The notes under the pieces: model-generated
The model's input: the letters and a program-made list of their open reading frames with translations, nothing else
Told to the model about the DNA's origin: nothing
Databases searched by the model: none
Program-made: the position numbers and the translations under genes
In this document: piece by piece, positions 39,286 to 48,460 of the stretch
Numbering within the stretch: the first letter of the stretch is position 1
Layout: each line of letters opens with the position of its first letter
Assembly (NCBI GenBank): GCA_048939015.1
Contig: JBHLPW010000008.1
Coordinates: forward strand, 18,497-82,496
DNA from: Promethearchaeota archaeon
GTDB taxonomy: Archaea > Asgardarchaeota > Lokiarchaeia > Sigyniarchaeales > SOKP01
Direction: 5' to 3'
Length of the DNA stretch: 64,000 nt

Positions 39286-40620
39286 TTATAATATTTTTTC
39301 AACAATATCGACCACCCGGTAACCACTTTCAACAGAACCAGGAGTTCCTATAAGACCTGGAGCGATACATGAATCTCCTACGTTAAATAAATTAGGTATC
39401 GGCGTTTCTATTGGCATACCATAACCAAGCCAAGTTCGACCTTCAGGCCACTCATTGATAATGCCACATGCTCTCATTTTTAAAATACGACCATGCTTTT
39501 CGAAATCTGGAAAAAATTCTTTAAGATCACTCTTAACCTGTTGCATTTCATATTTTATATCCATAGGATGGAGGGTTGATTCTGACTTAGCTGAAGTGTA
39601 AAAAAGATGTTGTCCCGGGGGAACAAGCTCAGGACAAATATTGCTAATAGGGATGACAGTTTTAATTCTTCGTGATCCCATTATTATTTCTAACCCATCA
39701 TGTATTCCTTCCAAGCATAGTGGTTTATTGCTTGTGACTAGAACTAGTAAACAAGGGCTTGGTCGGAGTTTTAAACGCATCTTTTCAAGATATTCATTAT
39801 TAAAATTTTCTTTTCCTGCCAGACTTACCGTTGATTTAACCCCTGTATTACTTATAACCATCTTGCATTTTATTTCAATTTGTTTTCCTGCTTTTTCAAC
39901 AATTACACTTGTAGCTTTTCCCTCTTTGACAACTATTTTCCTTGCAGGAGAATTAGTCCATACAGCTCCGGTTTTCTCAACTATTTTAGCAAGTTTTTCT
40001 GCTAGGCTGAGGTTTCCGTCAGGTGATACATAGAATTTAGTCATTTCTTGGAAAAGGAAAAATTGTGTCACAGGTAGTTCCCAAGAATGAGCCATCATCA
40101 ATCCTGTACAGAGAGTATCAAAAGCATCGTGCACTTTTTCATTCTCAGTATATTGGAGAAGCCAATCTCGCACAGTTATAATTTCTTGTTGATTTAATCC
40201 ACGCATTTTTTTATAATACCCACGCATAATCTTACGTAATTCGACAGGTTTCACTGGCCGTTTCTTCTTTTCAGCATCTTTTTTTTCAAGCTTGTCTATT
40301 ATATCAAGCACTTTTGGTACTCCTATTTCAGCTGGGATTTCATATCTTTCACCGTCAATTCTATAATAAACATTTGTTATTGGTCTTAAGGTGTCAGTCC
40401 TGATTCCCATTTCCTCAAGCAATTTTATAACCCACCCATCTGGGATAAGAATTGCACCAGTGGGTAATTTGAAACCTTCATACTCAAAAGTTGAAAATCT
40501 TCCTCCTATACGGTTTCTACTCTCCACTACAAGAATTTTAAATCCCTTACGTGAAAGGAGACTTGCTGCAGTTAATCCACCCAAACCTGATCCAATGATC
40601 ACTATATCATAATCAATCAT
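39286..40620 (-). CDS. Phytoene desaturase-like FAD-dependent oxidoreductase
   Basis: IIGSGLGGL, E....IGGRF......GF.LPTGA, TPIPNLFNVGD. Confidence 0.85.
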   Translation of the reverse strand: MIDYDIVIIGSGLGGLTAASLLSRKGFKILVVESRNRIGGRFSTFEYEGFKLPTGAILIPDGWVIKLLEEMGIRTDTLRPITNVYYRIDGERYEIPAEIGVPKVLDIIDKLEKKDAEKKKRPVKPVELRKIMRGYYKKMRGLNQQEIITVRDWLLQYTENEKVHDAFDTLCTGLMMAHSWELPVTQFFLFQEMTKFYVSPDGNLSLAEKLAKIVEKTGAVWTNSPARKIVVKEGKATSVIVEKAGKQIEIKCKMVISNTGVKSTVSLAGKENFNNEYLEKMRLKLRPSPCLLVLVTSNKPLCLEGIHDGLEIIMGSRRIKTVIPISNICPELVPPGQHLFYTSAKSESTLHPMDIKYEMQQVKSDLKEFFPDFEKHGRILKMRACGIINEWPEGRTWLGYGMPIETPIPNLFNVGDSCIAPGLIGTPGSVESGYRVVDIVEKIL

Positions 40621-40808
40621 AGTATCTAAACTAATTTTTAGATATTAATGATAATTAGCATTTAAGAAATAATAAAAGTTTAGACAATACCAATTATAAT
40701 AAATTAATGGATACTAACTTTTGGATATAAAAATATTTCTTAGATTTCTAGAGATTTTTTAATATGCGTATCTTAAATATTATCAGTAATAAAGAGAGAA
40801 TTATATTA

Positions 40809-41033
40809 ATGGTATCTAAACGCAATAAATATATAATTGGTTTAGTTGTTCTCATAGTGATTAGTGTTATTATGGCATTGATCGCGTCGAATATAATCGC
40901 TTTTAATGTGTGTGGAACTGAAGATCCTATTTGTACTTCTCGAATAATTTTTCAATGGTTTTTTCCTGCAATGGTGCTTTCGTTTCTTGCACTTGCTGGA
41001 TGTTTAGGTCTTGCGCTCTTAATACAAGCCTAA
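40809..41033 (+). CDS. Small 2-TM membrane protein with a CxxxxxxC loop
   Basis: ORF 40764-41033, likely start ATG40809; two hydrophobic helices around VCGTEDPIC. Confidence 0.6.
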   Translation: MVSKRNKYIIGLVVLIVISVIMALIASNIIAFNVCGTEDPICTSRIIFQWFFPAMVLSFLALAGCLGLALLIQA

Positions 41034-41146
41034 AATTAGAAGCTTATTCCTTGAGATCTGGTAAAATCGCATTATACTCTCGAATTCCAAGGGGATCATC
41101 AAAATTGAACATTCTTAATAAGAAAATAAGAAAAAATTTGTGATAA

Positions 41147-42484
41147 TTAAGATTTTTTAATATTTCTCTTAAGAATAATAGTTAAAACCGAAATTATACC
41201 AATTAGAAGAAATATATCAAACCCGGGTATAATACTTTGACCACAATTATTATTAGAGAAGATATTCCCTTCACAATCGAACTCATTGATACATTTCCAA
41301 TTATCGAGTAAAATATTATTTGAAATATTATTATAGTTACTTAGACGTAAATGCATTCCATAATAATCATTATTGTTTGCTGTATTTTTAGAAATCACAT
41401 TGTAATCGCTGAGTCCTAAAAATATGCCATCCTCACTGTTTTCATTTGCTGAATTCTCAGATACATTATTGTAATGACTGTGGTCTAATTTTATTCCATA
41501 ACCGTGATTCTTGTCTGCAAGATTATTATAAATGGTATTATTATTGCTGTAAAATAATGAAATTCCTGTATTGGTATGTGAAACATTTAAATTTGATATT
41601 ATAGAATCATTACAATTAACCAGTACTACTTGTCCAGCATTTGTGAAATTTTGTGCGTGTAGAGAAATTACACCTGTATAATAGTAGAGAATTCCTTGAT
41701 TCACTTGATTCAGAGTATCAATTTCATGTGAAATTAAACTAGCTATTGATGAATAAAAAAATTCTATTCCACATTCATCCATCAAATTCCCAGAGATAGT
41801 ATGATTAACCGAATGTTGCAAAAATATCCCTACATCATTATCCACTATTTTACAATTTGAAATAGTGTTGTTTTCGCAAGCATCTATATATATTCCATAA
41901 AAATTATTGTTATAAATAGTGTTTTCAATAATACTATTATTTTCACAATGGTCTAGACTTAATCCATTAAAGTTATAATTTAAAAAATTATTCGAAATTG
42001 TAATATTATAGCTATAGTCTAAGTATATCCCTCTTAAATTACCATTTGAACAATTATTATTTATTAGTTGAGCATTTCTTACATGTGATAAGTGAATTCC
42101 TGCATATTCATATAAATATCCTGAATTATAAACAGTACAGTTTTCAATTTTAAAATACTCTTCAGAATTTTCGATTAGGATACAGTCACCTTGGCCCCCA
42201 CTATCTATTATCAAATCCTCTATGAGATAAGGATTAAAATACGTACCTGCTCCAGTGCAGATTCCTGCTGCTAGGGCATCAGTCCAGTTGTTATCAATAT
42301 GTATTCTTTCGGATACTTTAGACATTGTTAATTGCTTATTATTTAAAACATAGTGGGTATCATCTGTACTTATATTTCCAATTCTCAGGTTAGAACTGAT
42401 ATTTAGCAGATATAAAGTTGCGAAAGTAGTGCAGATTCCTAAAGTTATTATTATAAAAATTTGATATTTAAATCTAAATTTCAT
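41147..42484 (-). CDS. Surface parallel beta-helix (NosD-like) protein with IPGF C-terminal sorting signal
   Basis: IHIDNNW..CTGAGT..NPYLIE; GI.L..S.NN.I repeats; IPGF-TM-KRNIKK. Confidence 0.85.
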   Translation of the reverse strand: MKFRFKYQIFIIITLGICTTFATLYLLNISSNLRIGNISTDDTHYVLNNKQLTMSKVSERIHIDNNWTDALAAGICTGAGTYFNPYLIEDLIIDSGGQGDCILIENSEEYFKIENCTVYNSGYLYEYAGIHLSHVRNAQLINNNCSNGNLRGIYLDYSYNITISNNFLNYNFNGLSLDHCENNSIIENTIYNNNFYGIYIDACENNTISNCKIVDNDVGIFLQHSVNHTISGNLMDECGIEFFYSSIASLISHEIDTLNQVNQGILYYYTGVISLHAQNFTNAGQVVLVNCNDSIISNLNVSHTNTGISLFYSNNNTIYNNLADKNHGYGIKLDHSHYNNVSENSANENSEDGIFLGLSDYNVISKNTANNNDYYGMHLRLSNYNNISNNILLDNWKCINEFDCEGNIFSNNNCGQSIIPGFDIFLLIGIISVLTIILKRNIKKS

Positions 42485-42637
42485 ATAGATTCCACCATTG
42501 CATTAAAGTATGGTTTCTACTTAATTAGCTATAAGAGAAATCACCTATAAAAATGTTCACCCCATATATGAAGAAATATTCTTAACATTTCTGTAATGTT
42601 AATAAAAAAATAAATTTGTTATTAGCAGATAATTTAT

Positions 42638-43612
42638 TTATACTAAGTTTTTGTAATTTTTTGCTATACACCTAATATGATGATGGTTTGTGCCACAGCA
42701 TCCCCCAAGAATTTGCATTTTAAAAGTTAAGAATAATTTAATCATTTTTTTAGCCCACGTTTTTGGATTTTCAGATAACGCTTTATTTATTATGTTCAAC
42801 TCCTCAGGACTCTTCGTTGAACCATTTCCTTGCAATCCTTTAAGTCGTGTTTGAACTAATTCTGTATTATTAGGCTCAGTATTGATCGCACTTAGACAAG
42901 TAGTAGGATGTACACAATTAACCATATATAAAATTGGTTTTGGTGCAACTGAATTATCAATAGTCGAAATTGCCTTATAAAGAGATGTACCATCAAGTAT
43001 AGTTCCGTCTGGACGAATAACAAAACTTATTATATACTCACAGCCAGATTCTGCCATCGCTTTGGCTATACCGAGTGCCTCTGAAAAAGCAGGTAATGTG
43101 CTAGCTAATAGAAAGTCTACTCCAGCACTATTTAACTCTTTTACTTGGACCTGATGAAAGTGATATGCCTCTTCACTTGATAATGCTTCTTTAGGATTAT
43201 ACGCATCTCCTTTACATCCCATCAATCCTCCTATCAAGGATGTTGCACCTTTAAGGCTAAAGTGCCTTCTTATCTGATCTAAAAAATTGAAACAGTCAAC
43301 ATTCACATCCTTATCTTTGTACTCTGCTAATTCAATACGTTCTGGATTAGTACGCCAAGTGGGTGTTAGATTGAGAATTGGTATCTCATATTTATATGCT
43401 ATAGACATATATTGGCTATAAATTTTTTTGAGAATATTCCTGCCTTTAACATCATATACCATAGAGGCATTTTGAATGAAAGGATTTAATTTATATTTGA
43501 ATTCGTGTTTTATTCTTTCGATTACAGGTCCTTCAGCTAGTACTAATGGATTTTCTAGAATTATATCCTTTAATGACATCTTCGAATCAAAATCTCTAAA
43601 ATATTTCAACAT
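42638..43612 (-). CDS. Homocysteine S-methyltransferase family protein
   Basis: TPTWR, GDAY, GVDFL, VNCVHP, ILGGCCGT...HI; ATG43579 is an alternative start. Confidence 0.88.
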   Translation of the reverse strand: MLKYFRDFDSKMSLKDIILENPLVLAEGPVIERIKHEFKYKLNPFIQNASMVYDVKGRNILKKIYSQYMSIAYKYEIPILNLTPTWRTNPERIELAEYKDKDVNVDCFNFLDQIRRHFSLKGATSLIGGLMGCKGDAYNPKEALSSEEAYHFHQVQVKELNSAGVDFLLASTLPAFSEALGIAKAMAESGCEYIISFVIRPDGTILDGTSLYKAISTIDNSVAPKPILYMVNCVHPTTCLSAINTEPNNTELVQTRLKGLQGNGSTKSPEELNIINKALSENPKTWAKKMIKLFLTFKMQILGGCCGTNHHHIRCIAKNYKNLV

Positions 43613-43649
43613 TTGTTATCTAAGTATAATAAAATTATCGTAATACAAT

Positions 43650-46600
43650 TTAAGCCTCGGGTAATAGAATTACAAAAGAATCTCCTTCGACCCATATTTT
43701 TCCATTGTAATTATTTAATACTCGTTCGACTAAAAGAAATCCTAAAATTATTTCTTTAATTTTACTGTCCTTTTCTCTCTCTTTTTGGAATATCAATTCT
43801 TTTCCTATATTTAAAATTTCTTTCTGATAATCAATAATTTTTACCTTTACATAATTCATGTCATCAATTTGATTTCTAACGATAATAATTTTAATTTCAA
43901 TTGTTGGATTTTTATTATATCTAATGGAACTGATAAGGATATTCACAAAAACATCTATTAAAAATTTATCAGCTTTTACAAAAAGATCTTCAAATGGGTG
44001 TTCGACAGTTATTCTAATTGTTTTATTGGAATAGCTGTTTGTAATAAATTCTTTAACATCATCAATTACATCATATAAATTTACAGGCTCAATTATGACA
44101 TTTGTTTCACTAATCATAGTTAATTTTTGGATTATATATATTAGAAGTTGACCATTTATGCATTGATCTTTAATAGAATCCAATATTTTTCTTTTAGGAC
44201 TTAAGATAATTTGATGATCCTGCTCGTTATATTCATCTACCGATCCTTGAATGTTCTTAATTATAGAACTTATATCTTTTATGAATAATTCTTTATAAAA
44301 ATACTCTCTATCTAATTCTTGGTGCATATATTCTTCACTTATGCGTAAGTTTTCTTCAGCTGACATACGGAGCATCACATTTTTAAAAATCTCTGAAATT
44401 ATGGTTAAAATTTCTAAATTCTCTTCGATCCAATAATTATGATCTGATATATTATCAAAACAGACTATTGCTTCTAAAATCCCATTGATTTTTATTGAAA
44501 ATGTTAGAAAGTTGTTCACTTTGTGATTCGTAAGAAAGTACTTTAAATTAACAGCTTCTCTAGGAAGCTCATCTACGTTTTTTACATAAAAATAATCAAA
44601 TTCTTTAAATTTCTCTATTAACCATGGAAAATTATTAATGTCTATACTTTCGGGTAAATTTAATTGGGGAAGAATTAACTTGCGAGACCAGGTATAATTT
44701 CCTTTAGTGAAACTAAAATTAATATTAAATATGTAAAGATATGCTCGTGTTGCTTTAATGAATTCACCGAGTTCTTTAAGTGAATCAATTATAGCTTCTT
44801 CAAATTTATGTATACCAACAAATCTAGAAATAATTTCAGCAATGATTGCTTTTAGTCTAGAAATTTTCTTTAGTTCCTCCTCTAACTTCTTCTGCTCTGT
44901 GATATTCTGACAAATAATTTGATAAAATGTCTCATCACCAATATCGACTAAAGATGATTGCAGATTTACCCAAATTAAATCACCATTTTTCTTATAAAGC
45001 TTAATTTCTAATGGAGAGAAAATTTTATCTCGTTCTTGCCTTTTCAGTCTTTCGAGAACATCCATTAGATTATCTTTGTGTATTAATGAAAGATCTACAA
45101 ATTTCCTTCCCATTAATTCATCTCTTGTATATTCTAGTGTTTCCTCTAAAACAGGATTAAAATCAACTAAATATCCCGCAGAGTCAATCAAAAGAATAGA
45201 AAAGGGTGAATCTTCAAAAAGATGACGGTATTTTATTTCAGAATGCTTTAACTTGACTTCTGCTTCTATTCTCTCGCTAATATTCCTAATAATATATTGA
45301 ATTAAGATTTGTCCACCCATCTGTACTTCGTTAAAACTAATTTCCACAGGAATTAAATTACCAGAACTATCAATAACCTCTAATCTTAAGGGAAATGGAT
45401 AATTAACCTGATCGAATACTTCCTCATTAAAATCGATATCAATTATATCACTTAATATTTGGCTTGAATGCAATCCAATAAAATCTTCAAATGGCCGTTG
45501 AAATAAAATCTCAGCCTCCTTATTAGCATCCATTATTATTCCGGAGTTCTTATCAATAATTAAAATGGCATCTCGAGCGGCTTTAAATAATGTCTCATAA
45601 TGTAATTCAGCTATTTTAAGAGCTTCAATTGCAGGTCGATATAGATCAATTTGATTATTTATTGTATTATGAATAATTTTAAGGATATAATTTATTTGAT
45701 CTTTATTTAAATAGTTCTTTTTTATTTCATCAAGATACTGAAGTATAGTGGAACTAAATTGGTTGATTATATTTTTAGGAATCTTTTCATTATAATAAAT
45801 TATTAAAGATAATGGTAATATCCCACCTCTAATACTCTCATTTGAAACATAATCGAAATAGATTGCTGCATTTGAATTTAAGTGAGGGAATGGAAGAATT
45901 ACAAAAGTTGGCTTAAACTCATCTCCTCCAAAAATAAATTGCGATATTGAGAAACTTTTAACAGATATCAATTCTGGATCATCAAATGCATCTTTGGGAT
46001 AAACAGCTTCTACTTTAAGACCAAGATTTTCATCCCAATGACTAAAAATTATGCTAACTTCACTTCTGGGTGTATAATGATCAATTCTTTCTGCAATTTT
46101 TAGCGAAAGCCAATTAAAAGCCTCATCAATATTTATGTTTTTAATCCCGCTTGTCAGATATGATTTCATTGGTCTCCTTGTGAGTTTCTTAACACCCATA
46201 GCTTCATCTAATTCATTTATATCTGGTTGTTTTAAATCAATTTTATTGTAAAGAATAAGAAGGGGCAGTTCCCATAATTCTGGTATCCCTGCAATTTCAT
46301 GCAATAATTCACGCGCAAATGAAAATTTAATTCTATCAGTTACATCTAAAACAAAAATTAATCCATCTTGATTTTTAAGATAAGGCTTCCACAGTTGTTT
46401 TGCTTTATATTTTCCAGGAATATCATATGTTAACAACGATACATTATTAACTAAAATTCTAGAAATGTCCACATTTATTGTTGGAAATGTTGTTTTTGAT
46501 ACTGATTTCCTTCGCGTTTTAATTATTGTAGATTTTCCTGCCATCGTTAGACCGAAAATTAATATTTTTGCCTCCTTTTGTTCAAATATAATTTCTTGCT

Positions 46601-47042
46601 CAGGAAAAGATGTATGAAAGGTTTCGAGTAATATTCTTATCTCCTCGAGCTTTGCAGAATCTCCGTTATAAATTCTAGAGTTCACATAAAACCCTTTAAA
46701 TGCATCTTTGATTTTTTTGAACTCTTCGACAAATCCTTCTAAAAACTCTTCAACTAAAGCAGAATTAATTTTGGATTTACCATCAATAACTAATGAGATT
46801 AAAAGGCGCTCCTCTTTCGTTCTTGAATATTCACTTGGAATTTTGAAAATTAAATTAGCGGTTTTAAAAGTTCCAAATGTATGTTTAAAAAATCCTTTTT
46901 CATAGAGATCTATTAACAATGGTACTTGTTTAATATCATCTCTTTGAATAGTTTCAGGCATTTTTAAAAAAATATATGGAGGAAAATATGGATTCCGATG
47001 ACTTAAAACTAACATTCTCAAATTAAAACAACCTCTTTTCAC
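43650..47042 (-). CDS. Multidomain protein: longin/uDENN-like, Arf-like small GTPase, longin/uDENN-like, PAS, PAS, GAF, pseudo-histidine kinase
   Basis: G1 GLTMAGKS (aa164-171), G2 PT188, G3 DIPG, G4 NKID, G5 TSG; two PAS domains ending RNISER and QNITEQK; GAF with RAYLYIF/CFDN; degenerate H/N/G boxes; likely start TTG47021 after GAGG. Confidence 0.85.
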   Translation of the reverse strand: MKRGCFNLRMLVLSHRNPYFPPYIFLKMPETIQRDDIKQVPLLIDLYEKGFFKHTFGTFKTANLIFKIPSEYSRTKEERLLISLVIDGKSKINSALVEEFLEGFVEEFKKIKDAFKGFYVNSRIYNGDSAKLEEIRILLETFHTSFPEQEIIFEQKEAKILIFGLTMAGKSTIIKTRRKSVSKTTFPTINVDISRILVNNVSLLTYDIPGKYKAKQLWKPYLKNQDGLIFVLDVTDRIKFSFARELLHEIAGIPELWELPLLILYNKIDLKQPDINELDEAMGVKKLTRRPMKSYLTSGIKNINIDEAFNWLSLKIAERIDHYTPRSEVSIIFSHWDENLGLKVEAVYPKDAFDDPELISVKSFSISQFIFGGDEFKPTFVILPFPHLNSNAAIYFDYVSNESIRGGILPLSLIIYYNEKIPKNIINQFSSTILQYLDEIKKNYLNKDQINYILKIIHNTINNQIDLYRPAIEALKIAELHYETLFKAARDAILIIDKNSGIIMDANKEAEILFQRPFEDFIGLHSSQILSDIIDIDFNEEVFDQVNYPFPLRLEVIDSSGNLIPVEISFNEVQMGGQILIQYIIRNISERIEAEVKLKHSEIKYRHLFEDSPFSILLIDSAGYLVDFNPVLEETLEYTRDELMGRKFVDLSLIHKDNLMDVLERLKRQERDKIFSPLEIKLYKKNGDLIWVNLQSSLVDIGDETFYQIICQNITEQKKLEEELKKISRLKAIIAEIISRFVGIHKFEEAIIDSLKELGEFIKATRAYLYIFNINFSFTKGNYTWSRKLILPQLNLPESIDINNFPWLIEKFKEFDYFYVKNVDELPREAVNLKYFLTNHKVNNFLTFSIKINGILEAIVCFDNISDHNYWIEENLEILTIISEIFKNVMLRMSAEENLRISEEYMHQELDREYFYKELFIKDISSIIKNIQGSVDEYNEQDHQIILSPKRKILDSIKDQCINGQLLIYIIQKLTMISETNVIIEPVNLYDVIDDVKEFITNSYSNKTIRITVEHPFEDLFVKADKFLIDVFVNILISSIRYNKNPTIEIKIIIVRNQIDDMNYVKVKIIDYQKEILNIGKELIFQKEREKDSKIKEIILGFLLVERVLNNYNGKIWVEGDSFVILLPEA

Positions 47043-47317
47043 TTATATTAAATTAAGCCAAATGACTACATAAATTAAGTTTTTTGAAAAAGATTAATGC
47101 GTATATTATCTATTCTAATGTAATTCTAATGTATATATTAAAGTTGTTAATTTTAGAGCATAGAACTTAACTTAGATAATAATAAAAATTCGAGTAAAAA
47201 AATGTTTCAAATTTAGAATTTTTAGAAAAAGTTTTGATTAAATAATTGTTTTCACAACCACCCTCTCTTAATTGTAGCAAACACTTATAAAAAAAATAAT
47301 CTTACTAAATTTTAATC

Positions 47318-47334
47318 CATGAATATAATTCATG
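47318..47334. promoter_or_regulatory. Palindrome CATGAAT-ata-ATTCATG, probable operator
   Basis: 7-3-7 inverted repeat 50 nt upstream of the 47384 gene and downstream of a TTATAAA box. Confidence 0.4.
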
Positions 47335-47383
47335 ATACACGAATCTTCTAAGGAATTAATAAATATAATAGAGGAAAGTACTT

Positions 47384-48340
47384 ATGGAATTTGTAGAAAT
47401 TGCTAATGATGTATATGCCTGCTTGCAGGAAGATAGAGGGTTAGGATGGAATAATGGTGGCTTCGTGAATCTTGATGGAGGGTTAGTTATTGATACATAT
47501 TATGATTTGAACCTAACAAGAGAGATGATTGAGTTTTATAAAACTGTATCACCTTCTGGGACTCATCCAAGAAGACTTGTAAATACTCATCACAATGGTG
47601 ATCATACTTGGGGTAATCAGTTATTTAAAGATGGTGAGATTATTGCCCATCGTCTTTGTGCTAAAGCAATGGAAAAAGAAAGAAAAGGTCATTATCCAGG
47701 GATATTCAATATGTGGATACAAAAACCTGAAACTACTCCACCTGAAATGAAACAATTTGCTGCAGCTTTAAGTCAGTTTGACATTTCGGAAATTGAAATT
47801 ACACTCCCGAATCACTTAATCGAAGATAAATTAGACCTTGAACTTGAAGGATATCCCTGCCAACTTATCTATGTAGGTCCAGCACACACTCCAGGAGATT
47901 TAATCGTCTATCTCCCCGAACATAAAGTTATATTTGCTGGTGATATTGTCTTTTGTGAATGCACTCCAATAGGTTGGGAAGGAATCCACAATAAATGGAT
48001 TGAAGCACTAGATCTCCTCGTATCTCTTAAGCCCGAGGTAATTGTTCCAGGACATGGACCTCTCTGTGGTATTGATGAAGCAAAAGAATTAAAGTCTTAT
48101 TTTGAGTTTGTATATTCGGAGGCTAAGCGGTTCTATGATGAAGGACTCGATCCACTCGAAGCATCGAAAAAGATCAATCTTGGACCTTATGCTGACTGGA
48201 CTGAGCCCGAGCGCTTATACTTTAATGTATTTAGAGCCTATAGAGAGTTCAAGATGGAAAAATCTTGGAAAGCCCCTCTTAAAGCCTCTGATCTCTTCGG
48301 TAATTGTATTGAATTACGAAAATACTGGGATAGTCTCTAA
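47384..48340 (+). CDS. MBL-fold metallo-hydrolase (cyclase-like)
   Basis: NTHHNGDHTWGN, AHTPGD, FAGD, VPGHG. Confidence 0.9.
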   Translation: MEFVEIANDVYACLQEDRGLGWNNGGFVNLDGGLVIDTYYDLNLTREMIEFYKTVSPSGTHPRRLVNTHHNGDHTWGNQLFKDGEIIAHRLCAKAMEKERKGHYPGIFNMWIQKPETTPPEMKQFAAALSQFDISEIEITLPNHLIEDKLDLELEGYPCQLIYVGPAHTPGDLIVYLPEHKVIFAGDIVFCECTPIGWEGIHNKWIEALDLLVSLKPEVIVPGHGPLCGIDEAKELKSYFEFVYSEAKRFYDEGLDPLEASKKINLGPYADWTEPERLYFNVFRAYREFKMEKSWKAPLKASDLFGNCIELRKYWDSL

Positions 48341-48460
48341 TATAATCTAATATAGAAACTTTAATTAAAATCAGACGCTGAATATACCTTTAGTATTGTT
48401 AACACATAAATGTACTAAAAGTAAATAAAATAGAAATTGTATAAATCTTGAGAATATTTG

